In this document: positions 11,248-23,395 of the stretch, one piece after another
Layout: every line of letters starts with the position of its first letter
Numbering within the stretch: position 1 is the first letter of the stretch
Translations under genes and position numbers: made by a program
NCBI RefSeq assembly: GCF_000143415.4
Contig: NW_003314286.1
Coordinates: forward strand, 1,897,243 to 1,960,988
Length of the DNA stretch: 63,746 nt
Origin: Selaginella moellendorffii
Taxonomy: Eukaryota > Plantae > Lycopodiophyta
Reading direction: 5' to 3'
Notes under the pieces: model-generated
Databases searched by the model: none
What the model saw: the letters and a program-made list of their open reading frames with translations, nothing else
Told to the model about the DNA's origin: nothing

Positions 11248-12852
11248 ATGACGACGGCGAGCTCCAAGAAGAAGGAAGCTATGGCGGTGTGCGGCAGCCG
11301 TGGCCGTGGGCTGCCATATACGTGGCAATGCATCTGGGCGTTGGCGGTGGCGGCGTCGATGATCGTCTACTCTCTCGCATTGTTCAATGGCCCTTCCTCT
11401 TCCTCCTCCACCTCCTGCGCGAGGGATCGCTCCAGCAATCGCGAGCTCGCGGCGGCGAGGAGGAGCAGCGGCGGCCATGGCGATCAGGAATCGCTGTGGG
11501 AGTGGCGCGGGGATTTGCGGCAGATGGAGGCGGCGTGGAACCGGCTGTGCTTCGGCCCCATCCAGGAACGCCTCCGGATCGCGCTCTTCGTCAAGAAGTG
11601 GCCAGTCGGGGGCGTCCCGGGTGGCCTGGAGCGCCACGCTCTCACGCTCCACCGCAATCTCGCCGCCAGGGGCCACGAGATCCACGTCTACACCTCCGCC
11701 GCTGCTGGCTCCGACAATCCGGAAGAGCTCCTGGACGATCAACAGGATCACGAAGAACGGGGGCTCTTGCGTGTCCACTTCTCCCGCCCCAACGCCGGCG
11801 GTGGATTCGACTATCACCGCGCCTGGGACCAATTCCTCGCCGACAACTCCACTCATCCGGGCGGATTCGACATCGTCCACTCGGAGAGCGTCGCGCTGCC
11901 GCACTGGAAGGCCCAGCTCCTGGGATCCAACCTCGCCGCCTCCTGGCACGGCATCGGCTACGAGATCATCCACTCGGACCTTGTCCAGGATCTGGTACGC
12001 AAGCCCGGCGAGCCGCGCAGCGCTGACCTCCAGCGATCACTTGGCGAGCGCCTGACGCGCGTGGCGGACGAGATCAAGTTCTTCCCCAGCTACCGCCACC
12101 ACGTCGCCACCAGCGACTACGTGGGCGACGTCCTCCAGACCATCTACGAGATTCCGCTCCGGAATGTCCACACCATCCTCAACGGCGTGGATGAGTCGCG
12201 GTTCCGCCCGAGCCTGGACGCAGGCTCGGCATTCCGCCGCAAGTACGGCGTGCCGGTCAACGCCAGTCTCGTCTTCGGCGCCGCCGGTCGCCTGGTCCGC
12301 GACAAGGGCCACCCGCTGCTCTTCGAGGCCTTCTCGCGGATAGCCGCGCGTCACCCCGGGGTGTTCTTGCTCGTCGCGGGCCACGGCCCCTGGGCCGACC
12401 GCTACCGCGAGCTCGCGCCAAATGCCAAGACGCTCGGCCCCATGGATCCCGCGCACCTCGCCGACTTCTACAACGCGCTCGACGTCTTCGTCAATCCGAC
12501 GCTGCGCTCGCAGGGGCTGGATCACACTCTCCTCGAGGCCATGCAGTGCGGTAAGCCGCTACTGGCGACGCACTTCTCGAGCATCACTTGGAGTGTGGTG
12601 GTGAGCAGCGACTTTGGCCATACTTTCTCGCCCAACGTCGACTCGCTGGAGCAGGCTATGGAGGCCGTGATCGCGCAGGGCCGCGACACCATGCGACGTA
12701 AAGGAGAGCTCTGCCGCGACTATGCTTCGCTTATGTTCACGGCCACCAAGATGGGAGCTGCGTACGAGCGCCTCTTCCTGTGCATGAAGAACGAGAGTTA
12801 CTGCCAGTATCCGCTACCTGGAGACTGCCCGGTTGAGCCCAGCAAGTACTAG
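11248..12852 (+). CDS. GT4-family (GT-B fold) glycosyltransferase with N-terminal membrane anchor, intronless
   Basis: KKWPVGGVPGGLERHALTLH, ILNGVDE, AGRLVRDKGHPLLFEAF and FVNPTLRSQGLDHTLLEAMQCGKP. The start may instead be the Met of MAVCG. Confidence 0.92.
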   Translation: MTTASSKKKEAMAVCGSRGRGLPYTWQCIWALAVAASMIVYSLALFNGPSSSSSTSCARDRSSNRELAAARRSSGGHGDQESLWEWRGDLRQMEAAWNRLCFGPIQERLRIALFVKKWPVGGVPGGLERHALTLHRNLAARGHEIHVYTSAAAGSDNPEELLDDQQDHEERGLLRVHFSRPNAGGGFDYHRAWDQFLADNSTHPGGFDIVHSESVALPHWKAQLLGSNLAASWHGIGYEIIHSDLVQDLVRKPGEPRSADLQRSLGERLTRVADEIKFFPSYRHHVATSDYVGDVLQTIYEIPLRNVHTILNGVDESRFRPSLDAGSAFRRKYGVPVNASLVFGAAGRLVRDKGHPLLFEAFSRIAARHPGVFLLVAGHGPWADRYRELAPNAKTLGPMDPAHLADFYNALDVFVNPTLRSQGLDHTLLEAMQCGKPLLATHFSSITWSVVVSSDFGHTFSPNVDSLEQAMEAVIAQGRDTMRRKGELCRDYASLMFTATKMGAAYERLFLCMKNESYCQYPLPGDCPVEPSKY

Positions 12853-13063
12853 AACACGATGGAACTTTTTTATTCGTTCTTTGTTTTAGATCTCCAAGTT
12901 GTCCTCCACAAGCAAGCTTCCCTGTGATTTATTCCTTCCAGCCGAGCGTCATGGCAGCAGCAAAGATGTACAATACGTGATTGATACACTTACAGAGCGG
13001 AGGAATCTTAGATCGTGTATAGAAACAACGACTTTTTTTTTTTCTGATTTTTTCGGGGGTTCA

Positions 13064-14790
13064 TCAGTAGTATGCTTTCCTGGGATTGTTCTGAATGAAC
13101 ACGACCGGGTTTGTGTCTCGAGATTCCACGAAAACAAATAGAGAAAGCTTACCAGTGGATTAGGACGGAACCTGTAACCCAGCATCATACGTTTCTTGTA
13201 CTGCTCGTAGATGTCGTCCTCAGAGTTTACTTCGCCAGGTTGCTGGGCTCCCAATCCCAGATTGTTTAGCTTCACTTGTCCCGCTTGCACCGGATCGGCA
13301 CGGCCACCTCTAGCACTTCCAAGTCCCTCACCTGAAGCATATAAAGCAACTATTACAAACAAGGAGAAATTTTTTCGAATGCATTACCTTCTTTCCATCC
13401 CATCTTGGACAGTAGACGATGGCCTACATTGTCTGCTTGAATCCTGGCTTTCTCGGTTGCTTCTAGTATGTTTTTCTGAGCACTGACGTCGTTGCATTTC
13501 GCCATAAATCTTTCCAGCTCTTCCTGAGGAATGTAGTCTCCCATATGGTGACCCCTCTTTGTGGAGGCTGCATAGTGACTGTCAGCACGAATCTCAAGAC
13601 CTTATCCTTACGTGTACTCGTCAGTGACAACGGTGGAGGCATTTCATCTTTGGTTTGCTTAGGAGCCTTTCGGAGGTCCTCCTGGGCTGCCTTTTTCATA
13701 TAAAAGTCCATCATAGCCAAAGAGTCTGGCTCTGTTGATTGTTTGGCTGAAACAGTAGAGTCAGAACCCCGAATATTTAAACACTTTGCATACCTGTGTC
13801 TTGCTCCTGCTCATGGCGTGCTTCTTCCCCGTTCTCGTATAGAGCCGAGGCAGGGGTCTGAAAGTTTGTACGTTGTGAGCTTCTCTGTGGAAACGATTGT
13901 TGCCGAGATGGTGTGGCTGAAAAACTTATCCCAACATAAACCAGCTAGCACCAGATGTGAGTAACATTTTACCATGTTGCAACACGATCGGAGTATGGGG
14001 CTTATTGAGGAAGGATTCCTCCTCAGCAAGCTTGTGCTCGTAATACTTGTAGTCCGAGCAATTAACATCGAACAGAAACCTGCCAAAGAAAAGAGATAAA
14101 CGCTATTCATGCACCACCATAACAAAATAGAAAACAAGCGAAAGAAGCAAGCATTCCAAAAACACCACAATTCCCTCTCAATGGCCTACCCAAAACGAGG
14201 ATCCGTAGGGTTCTTCTGCCGAGTGATATCTTCGAATTCCCGACCACTTTTTGCAACAAAACTGGCAAGCTTCTCCGCTACCTTTCTCACATCAGGATCA
14301 AGAGGAGGGGCCGGCAGAGCTGCAAGCATGAGACAGGTTTCAATCAAACCACTTAACGAAACTGAACTGAATTACCTGAGTGCGAGGGAGCGTCAACAAC
14401 ATCAAACCTCTGCTTCTTCGCGGGTCTCTCCATCACCACCTTGGCAGCCGCAGGAGCAGTACTAGCGGCAGCAGCACTCTCCTCCTCATCATCATCGTTG
14501 TCACCCAGCTTCAATGGATTCACCGCAGGCCTAACTACCTTGGCCTTCAAACTGAACGCTAACTTCCCGTTTGACGCTGGCGTTACGGGAGGTGCCTTGG
14601 AACCTATGCAGCAATTCTTCTTGATCGTGATGCTCACGGGCTGAACTCCCGTGCTAGAACTAGTGCTGCTAGTGCTCGTGCTCGGCGGCTCACTCACAGC
14701 GCTAGTAGTAGCGGCCACAGCGGGAGCCCCTTGCATTTGCTTAAACCTCTCGAGAAAAGAGCCATCGTTGGGAAACGGCGGGGTGCTCAT
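13064..14790 (-). CDS. SURP and G-patch domain protein (SUGP1-like splicing factor), multi-exon
   Basis: FPNDGSFLERFKQMQ; SURP exon KVAEKLASFVAKSGREFEDITRQKNP; HHMGDYIPQEELERF; G-patch DNVGHRLLSKMGWKEGEGLG; C-terminal YKKRMMLGYRFRPNPL|NNPRKAYY*. Confidence 0.92.
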
Positions 14791-15473
14791 CTTCCCTTCC
14801 CTGTTTGTTTCTCCCTCCTTTCTCACTTTTTTTCGACCTATTCCTCAAACCTGTGCCTGCGCTGCCAGATTTTTCTCACATACTCTTCTTCTCCCTCGCT
14901 GCTCCGGAGGAAACCGGTACCGTGCTGATACCCTGCTCAATTCCCTGGTCAGCAATCTGGTTCTCAACATTCTCATGGCTCTAGCTAGCGATTCTTCCCT
15001 AAATCCCCCTCTCCAGGCCAGAATCACAGAGAACAAAGCAATCCAGCCAGAAAATCCCACGCCACAGACAGATCGGGGGAGAGAGAGAGAGACACCCATA
15101 CCTTTCTCCGCGACGACGGCCAGCGCCCTAACTTGGATAAAATGGTTTCTAGGGCAAGCAGTTTGGGCCACAAAAAATTATAAAAAGGGGGTTTAAGAAG
15201 AATATTCGTTTCTAAAGGTGTGCCTCGTTTGTGGGACGGAAATCGTCCAAGGGGGCGGTCATGCGTTCCTTATTCTAGGGTTTGGGCGAAAGCAAAAGAT
15301 CGGCTTATCGGCGTGGGCGGCGATGCTCGGGGATCGATCGACCGCGACGGCGCCCGCGCTGTGCTAGGTCGGCCGCGGCGCTGCTGCGATTCCAATGAGG
15401 TAACAAAATCCGCGGCCTCCTCTTGTGTGGTGCCTTTTCTTTCCCCGATTTCGCGAGAATCGGAGCTCCGGCC

Positions 15474-17828
15474 ATGCTTAAGAGGGAGAGTGGTGTCTTG
15501 CTTGATGCAGCCGATAGGGCAAAGATAGGCGGCGGTGGTGGGCGGAGGGTGAGTCCTATGGAGAGGCGAGGAAGTGAGAGTAAGGCCGCCGCCGCTCCTC
15601 TTGCTCCTCCTTCCCGCGTCAATGTGTTCGAGCGCCTCAAGGCTCTGGATAGGGAGAGAGAGAATCGAGAGGAGAGGGAGAGAGAGAGAGGGAGGCTCGA
15701 GAACGAGCAAGACCATGAACTTGTTACCCAGTATAAGGCAGCTCTTGGCGAGCTCACTTTCAATTCCAAGCCGATTATTACTAACTTGACCATCATTGCT
15801 GGGGAAAACTTACATGCTGCTCGAGGCATAGCCAACGCGATCTGTTCTCACATCATGGAGGTATGTGGATTCCTCTCTTTCCTTTTTCTTTTCTTTCCTT
15901 TTCTTTGGTCCGTTTTGTTTCTAAAGTTTTGGTTTTCTTTCTTCTGTTTGGCTGTAGGTGGCCAAGGAGCAAAAGCTGCCTGCGTTGTATCTCCTGGATA
16001 GCATTGTGAAGAACATCGGACGTGACTACGTGCAGTACTTTGGCGAGCGCCTAGCGGAGGTATGCAAAGGATTTTGTTTAGTCGACGCTCTGTTTTGACA
16101 GTCCTGGGTGGACGGCAGGTCTTTTGCAAGTGCTACAGGCAAGTCGACCCGACGACTTACCCTGCAATGCAGCATCTCTTCAAGACTTGGCGTGGTGTTT
16201 TCGGGCAAGCTCCTTTGCGAGCAATAGAAGTTGAACTGCATTTTTCTACAATAAATGGACCTTCTTTAAGATCTGTAGAATCGGTACCTCCTCGTACTGG
16301 GCATGGGATTCATGTAAATCCCAAGTACATCCTCGAAGCTCAAAAACAGCTCCAACAATCTAACAAGGTATTGTAGTGACTTTTATCTGTTGTTCTATCT
16401 AATCTTCTTGTGCAGGAGGTTCCAAGAAATGGCGACACTGGATTCCAGAAGCGGTGGCCCGAGAAGAATAGCAAGGGCGGCTCCTTGCCTTCACACGCGA
16501 CTTCCAAGACAACAACAGGTTTGTGGAAGACCTCTGACAGAGGGGATGGAGGCTCAAACGACGAAGTCCGGAAGGCTGCTGTTTCCTCGCGTTTAACAGG
16601 CCGTGGACAGAACAAAAACAAGCGCTCGCTGGCCGATACGGGTTTTTCCGATACACCAGGAACCGAAAGACACGTGCAGTCACCACGGAGGGAGGTTGAC
16701 GGACGACACTTCAAGGCTAAGGTTCGCTGTTGGATGTTTTTCCTTAACTTTACTGTTTTCCCTTTTTCTATTCGTGCAACTAACTAGAATTTGCAGGACG
16801 TCCTTGATCCAGCACCGCCACCACCACCACCACCGCCACCTTTGGCTCAGCTGCAGCAGAATCCTCCACTCCCACCACAGTTTTCAGCTCTTCGACCACC
16901 TAATAATCAGTTCCAACATCCTCCCATGATGTCCCACTCGCTGCTGCCTCCAGCGGGGCCTCCCCTTCATCCGTTTGGCATGCCCGTCTCGGAACCCTTA
17001 CCAGTTTCTAATACTTCTAGCCTGTTGTCCGCACTGTTCAAGACCGGTTTTATTCCTCCTGAGCCAGAGTCCCAACTTCAGCCTGAGGCTCTACTACCGC
17101 CGCCGCCACCTCCACCTCCACTTCAATTTCCTCCTCCACTACCAATGTTTCCGGCTCCTGCACCACCGCTTGGGCCATCCGGTTCTGGACCTGGACCTGA
17201 TGGAGGACTCGGGAATCTCTTGTCATCGCTCATCACACAAGGCCTCATATCGGCGAACAACACAGATGTTACAGGACTGGGAGTGGAGTTCCGCCAGGAA
17301 ATTCTCAGGGAGCGACATGACATCGTGATCAACTTGCTCTACTCGGACTTCCCGAGGCAATGCAAGACGTGCGGGCTTAGATTTAAGGGACAGGACGAGC
17401 ACAGCAGGCATATGGACTGGCATGTAACTCGGAACAGGAGGCAAAAGTCGCAGAAGAAGTCCTCGAGAAGGTGGTTTGTGGGACTCAAGGAGTGGATTGG
17501 CGGCGTCAGTGCTACCGAGTGTGAAGCTAGCACGCCGCCGTTGTTCGCCGAGGAGGCGGAGGTTCGCAAGGTGGAGGAGGACCAAAACTTCGCAGTCCCG
17601 GCAGACGAGAACCAGAGCTCGTGTGCTCTGTGCGGGGAGCCATTCGAGGATTTCTACAGCGACGAGACGGACGAGTGGATGTACAGGGGAGCAGTGTATA
17701 TGAACGTCCCTCCGGGAACTTCGACCGAGGGGATGGATAGGACGCTTTTGGGACCGATCGTTCATGCCAAGTGTAGGACGGAGAATGCTGCAGCAGCTGC
17801 TGCGGCTGCTGCTTCCTCCGGCCTTTGA
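15474..17828 (+). CDS. PCF11: PCF11/PCFS4-like polyadenylation and cleavage factor (CID domain plus zinc fingers); start codon uncertain (15474 or 15558)
   Basis: [29 protein letters not shown]...[16 protein letters not shown]...; GIHVNPKY; [11 protein letters not shown]...HMDWH; [21 protein letters not shown]...PIVHAKC. Confidence 0.93.
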
Positions 17829-18736
17829 CAATCGAAAGGTACTCGAGCTCTTACTCTCTCTCCCTTTTCGTTGTTCTAGTTATATTTCTAGGATGATTTT
17901 CTAGGATGATTGGAGAACTTACGTGGTTTGAGTGTCCAGGCCGGGGAGTTTCTTATTGGGATCGGGGAGAGGCCGGAGAGGAGAAATCCGTAACACAGGT
18001 GGGCTGGGTCGATTTGTAGAAACAACTGAGTAACATTTTTGGCTGTACAAGAGTGTAAAATGAGAGGACGAAAGAAAGAATTGATGTTTAATCGCCGGAA
18101 ACAGCACAAAGTAGCTCTGTGTGGTTTCTTTCTAACGATCTTTGCTACTGGCTGGCCCCTCTCGCTAGATCTCTCTAAAGGTTCTACATGTTTTCTTTTC
18201 CTTGTTTATGGCAGATGATAATCAATAAACTAAGTGTTGAAAAGTTTCCCAGTTTCACTCCTATATAGCTCTAAGGTTCTCATTCGGTCAAATCTCTACG
18301 ACTTATTTCACTCCCAGCGTAGCTTTTGACGTGTAGGCTGGAGAAAGTAATTGCCAAACAGTTACTGGCATCAATTAACCAATCCAGACAAATGGACGCG
18401 GCATATTCGCATCATCGTCTATCTTCCTCTCCGCTGTTTGAGAGAAAAGGTTCTTGCTCGCTTTCTGGGGGTTTCTTTCACACCTTCTGTTCTTTTCATT
18501 CGCTCGGGCCTGCTTTGGGGCTGGAGGACCCTCATGAGTTTGGGCTGGATGCGTGCAAGGCAAAGTCATGAGCGTGCACACTCACCATACTTGCTTATAA
18601 GATTTGCATCGACTGGAGTGAGCGCTACTCATTCCTTTGTTGCGCTGGTATTCTTGAAGTGGCCAAGCAAAGAATCCAGCGCGCGCTATTTAATCTTGTC
18701 CCCTGGAAGCAAGGAAGAGGGAATCAATCAGCAACA

Positions 18737-20669
18737 ATGAAGTGGTGTCTAGTACCTCTTGTCCTGCTGCTCCTCTTGAGCCCCGGCACCAATGCAGCGC
18801 AGCCGAGCGGCCGGATCAAGACGATAGTCGTGCTCGTCCAGGAGAACAGGTCCTTCGATCATATGCTCGGCTGGCTCAAGAAGCTCAACCCGGAGATCGA
18901 CGGGTTGACAGGGAAGGAGAGCAACCCCACGAACTTAACCGACCCAAGCTCGGGGACGGTGTTTGTCTCGGACAAGGCCGAGTTCGTGGACCCCGATCCC
19001 GGCCACTCGTTCGGAGCCATCCGAGACCAGGTGTTCGGCTTCGGAAGTACTTCGCAGAATCCAGCACCCATGAATGGCTTCGCCCAGCAGGCGGAGATCA
19101 TCCAGAAAAACCTGTCGCAGAGAGTGATGAGCTCCTTCCGGCCCGAGCTCGTCCCGGCCTACACCGCCTTGGCTATGGAGTTTGCTATCTGTGATAAGTG
19201 GTTTGCGTCGGTTCCAGCTTCCACCCAGCCAAACCGGCTCTACGTCCACTCCGCTACGTCCCACGGTGCTGTGAGCAACGTCAGGTCCGACCTTGTCAAA
19301 GGATTCCCGCAAAAAACGATCTTTGAGTCGATCGACCAAGACAAGCTGTCTTTCGGGATTTACTACCAGAACATCCCGGCCACCTTGTTCTACAGGCACG
19401 TCCTCGTTGTGGCTGCTATTCCTCTGCTCGTCTGTCCTGACTTCCATCTCTTTTCAGGAACCTGAGGAGCCCCAAGTATCTCGGGAAGTTCCACAACTAC
19501 GGCCTCTTCAAGACGCATGCCAAGCAAGGCAAGCTCCCAAACTACGTCGTCGTCGAGCAGCGCTACTACGACACCAAGGCGACGCCCGCCAACGACGACC
19601 ACCCCTCGCACGACGTTGCCGAGGGCCAGAAGTTCATCAAGGAGGTGTACGAGACCCTACGCTCCAGCCCCCAGTGGAACGAGACGCTGCTGGTGATAAC
19701 TTACGACGAGCACGGTGGCTTCTTCGACCACGTTTCCACACCAATGGACAACGTTCCCAATCCAGACGGTCTCAGGGGTGGAGACGACGATCACTTCAAC
19801 TTCGACAGGCTCGGTGTCCGCGTCCCAGCGATTTTCGTCTCTCCATGGATCGACAAAGGAACAGGTGAGTTCTTCCTGTTTCCTGTCCTTGTTCTGGGGA
19901 CCCGCGGTCACCGTCCACCATTACTACTCGTACCTCCAGAGCTTCTTTTTTTCTTTTCCCTTTGTCTTTACTCCGTGACTTATGCGGCGTTCCTGCTGTG
20001 ACTGTCACCCTACCCTGCCTTTATTCGTGGCATTTCCCGTGCCACTGATCCGGGTAGCTGGTTTGGCAGATCTGCTTGCGAAATGAACTCCTTGATTGCC
20101 TCCCATTAACTTACTAAGCGTGCTTGGCTTTGCAGTAATACACCGGCCAAACGGACCGACCAAGGATTCCCAGTACGAGCATTCCTCCATTCCGGCCACT
20201 GTGAAGAAGATTTTCAATCTCACGCAACCTTTCCTGACGAAAAGAGACGCTTGGGCGGGGACCTTTGAGACTGTCTTGTCTTCCACGCGGACCACACCTC
20301 GAACGGACTGTCCTGGTAAAGTTTTGAGTTCCTTCTTGTCCGACCTCTGTCTGATCGATCCTGTAATCTCCAGTGACGCTGCCGAGTTCGCCCTGGTCAC
20401 TCCGGCATTCTCCTCCAAACGAAGAAGGGCGGCTGACGGAGTTCCAAGTGGAAATGGTGGGACTCGCATCGCAGCTTAATGGTGACTACGGAAAAAGTGG
20501 CTATCCAAATCTTGGTGCGTCGATGACAGTCAAATACGCGTCGGACTATGTGGATCGCGCCGTGGAAGGAATCATGAGAGCTGGAAAGGTCGCACTTCAA
20601 AGTGGCGGGGATCCGAACGCATTGATAGAAGTGCTTCCCACCTCAGAATCTCGGAAAACTGGAACTTAA
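18737..20669 (+). CDS. NPC: Non-specific phospholipase C (phosphoesterase family) with signal peptide; 4 exons
   Basis: [77 protein letters not shown]. Confidence 0.95.
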
Positions 20670-20752
20670 AATTTTAGATTTGACTGAAGCAATATCGGAG
20701 ATTTGCCTGTCGGTAAAAAAAAATTCATCATAGAATACAAAGATATTCAAAC

Positions 20753-21982
20753 TTACGACTTACCTCGATCTAAAATCGAAGCTAAACCAGGTGGTGCTTG
20801 CGGGGCCGCCTTCTCCTTCTCTTTCGAGAGAACCCGGACAACAGTGTCGTGTCGGATTTCCAAAACTTCAGGAGCAGTGTTGGCGCAGCCACTCGACATT
20901 CCCACGTCAACTCGAAACACCTGGTTCCGACAAGCCGAGTTGATCCCGAAAGGAGCCTGGATCGTATGCCCGACTACCATTCTACTCGCCCCTGTTATCC
21001 CCGTGAGAACCTCGTCTAGGAGCCTGCAGTCACACAAACTCTCCACTGGAATGGAGTACTGTCTAGCCCACACCACAGCGTCCTTCCCTCGTAAGTAGCC
21101 TGGAGCTTGCCGGCCTTTCCGTCCTTGAATCCAATCCCTCACCTCGGCATTTATCTTCTCCAGTCCGTAGTCGAGGTGGGATGGTAGAATTCCTCCGTGA
21201 GCAAAGACGGTGCTTCCAACGATGAGTATAGTCGGGTGGTGAGCCAAGAAACGCGAAGAGATCGGGCCACCCGGTCGTAGAGCAGCATATCTAGCACGGA
21301 CTCCATCGGGGATGCTCTTCCTCACGTTTTTAAACACGTCGGGTTGACGTCCCAATCCATGGCACCGTTCCTTGAGAGCCTGGCCACGCCTATACCACTG
21401 AGCCCATGCCGAGAACTCGTCCAGTGCCTCTTTGGTGGCGTAACGAAAGTCCCCCTCGATGTTCATCACCTCGTGGTTGCCATTCATGATGTGGAGATCG
21501 CCGCCGTGCCGCTGGGCCTCTCCTTTTAGTTTCTCCAGCAAGTAGAGCACCTTGAGCTCCTGGCCGCCTCGATCCAGCACGTCCCCTACCTGGACCACCA
21601 CTGTTTTTCCCCCGATCCATCGATCATCCTCGTCCACGACGCCGGCGATGCGAAGCGATTCCCGGGTTTTGGCCAAGTCGCCGTGAATGTCCCCTATTGC
21701 GACTAACCTCTCCACTGCTGGGATTCTCGTGACGATGCCCATGCCGCTGTCGCCGCCGTGATTCCTAGCCTCGCCTCCCGCTCCAGCCGCTGGATGGAAA
21801 GAATTTGCGCTCGATTGAGCGTGCTTGCTGAGAATTTGCCCTCCAACTATGAAATCTACGAATGAATCCACGAATGAAGAAACGGCATTGGAGACCTGGC
21901 CACAGAATTTGTCATCGCTGCTTGTGTCCGAGCGGCCAGGAGGAGGAGGAGGCGGCGGCGGCGCCTCCGCGAATGCCGGCAT
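20753..21982 (-). CDS. SLP2: Shewanella-like protein phosphatase, SLP2 type, intronless
   Basis: Metallophosphoesterase motifs GDIHGD, GDVLDRG, GNHE, HGG, GHT and DVGMS; N-terminal SSFVDSFVDF segment; single 409-aa ORF. Confidence 0.9.
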   Translation of the reverse strand: MPAFAEAPPPPPPPPGRSDTSSDDKFCGQVSNAVSSFVDSFVDFIVGGQILSKHAQSSANSFHPAAGAGGEARNHGGDSGMGIVTRIPAVERLVAIGDIHGDLAKTRESLRIAGVVDEDDRWIGGKTVVVQVGDVLDRGGQELKVLYLLEKLKGEAQRHGGDLHIMNGNHEVMNIEGDFRYATKEALDEFSAWAQWYRRGQALKERCHGLGRQPDVFKNVRKSIPDGVRARYAALRPGGPISSRFLAHHPTILIVGSTVFAHGGILPSHLDYGLEKINAEVRDWIQGRKGRQAPGYLRGKDAVVWARQYSIPVESLCDCRLLDEVLTGITGASRMVVGHTIQAPFGINSACRNQVFRVDVGMSSGCANTAPEVLEIRHDTVVRVLSKEKEKAAPQAPPGLASILDRGKS

Positions 21983-22039
21983 CTTACCGCCAAGATACCT
22001 AAGACAAAGAACCCTAAATTTTGAACCAGGCTAGGGCTT

Positions 22040-22600
22040 TGCAGATCGATTCTTGATTTTGATTTTGGTTTTGATTTTGCGAGGAGCTCATCTGGCGTGG
22101 GGCGATTGACGAAGCAGCAAAGGAAGCAAATGATCAAAACGAAGAAGGGGTGAAAACAATGTGGAGAAAAAGGAGAAGTTCCAAATGGAAAACCTCTGTC
22201 CAAGAATGCACAGAAGAGGCCCACGAGAAGGAGAGGAAGAAGGAGCGCAAGGAGAAAAAATCGCAGGAACCGCGGAAGCTGCAATTCATAGGAGCAAGGA
22301 AGCCAGCCGCGCCCGTGCCGATGAAATCAAAAACTCAACAAGGCTGTCGAGGCTGGCCAGAACCTGGTGATCGATTTCCAGTTAAGCGACCAGATGACTG
22401 ACCAAACATGAGCCAACAAGTAGGTTCTCTCATCTCTTCTCATCTCTTTTCTTCGTCTAAGCATCTTTTCTTTCTTCCAGATCACGTATTGAGAAGGTAC
22501 CCGGCTATCAAAACTGAATGGAAGTTTTCGCGACTAGTACGCAGGATCTGGTCTATCTCACGGCAGATTCGGCAACAATACCGGAGAGACTCAAAGGTAA
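22040..22600 (+). pseudogene. Deletion-riddled copy of the 5' two-thirds of TRM10
   Basis: Colinear with 27470-28300 (e.g. ccaaatggaaaacctctgtccaagaatgcacagaagaggc and gcaggatctggtctatctcacggcaga), with many short deletions and frameshifts. Confidence 0.88.
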
Positions 22601-22614
22601 GTGTCCTAGGGTTT

Positions 22615-23395
22615 TGATGTAGAAGAATCCGGAATCACTATTTGTGCTACAGGTATCGAGTACAGACGCTGGGGCGAAGGCAAAGAATCTTTTTGCCGTG
22701 ACATGTGTTTGACTGGCCTTGACTGTAGGTAAGTGACAACCAAAGATCTTTCCACGCTGAGCACTACTCGAGTGGAATAGAATGCGAGCTGAGCAAGACG
22801 ACCGCATAGCTGCCTCGGCCGAATTCCCTCGAGGAGGCGTTTGATCCGTGGCGACGCCATGATTCAAAGGCCGGAGATCTTTCTCTCCGCAGAGCGATAT
22901 ATATCGATCCATTTCCTCCCAAGTCTCGCTCGCACAAGTCCAGTGCATGAGGAGAATATTCCTCAAAGCAAGCTTTTCCGTGGCCATAAATGCAACGAGG
23001 CAGCGACCGGTGAGGTCTTGCGCTGTGGGTCGTACTGTGGCGACGGCCGTCGACAAGATCGGCCATAGCTGCGATGTGGATCGCAGATGGACAGCGGTCC
23101 GGAAGAAGGTTTCTTGGGCGGCGCGGCAAGATCGTATTGTGCGGCCACAAGCACGCTCGGCATCTCCAAGTACGTGCCTCTCCTCAACCTCGTGCCTTTA
23201 TTGGAGAAGGCAAGTTCCTTCGTCAAGCTTGTCAAGGCGGAAGAGATGCATGGGAGCTCCATGGCAAAACAAGCGGTGGGATCCAGTTGCCACAGCGGGA
23301 ATCTTTGCGGGGGAGAGAGCCGCAGTCAGGTCTCAAGCTGGGTATTGGATTGCTATGAAGTCGGGATGATCGATCCGATCATTCATTTGTTGTGA
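22615..23395 (+). pseudogene. Unassigned coding-like fragment
   Basis: GC-rich, coding-like sequence with stops, abutting the TRM10 relic. No family recognised. Confidence 0.3.

Noticed and set aside
9546-12604. Long alternative-frame and antisense ORFs over the kinase and GT4 genes
   Set aside because: Expected shadows of GC-rich intronless coding sequence; no recognisable motifs.
2767-21982. Functional or biosynthetic gene cluster
   Set aside because: The genes are conserved and functionally unrelated; tight spacing is explained by general genome compaction.
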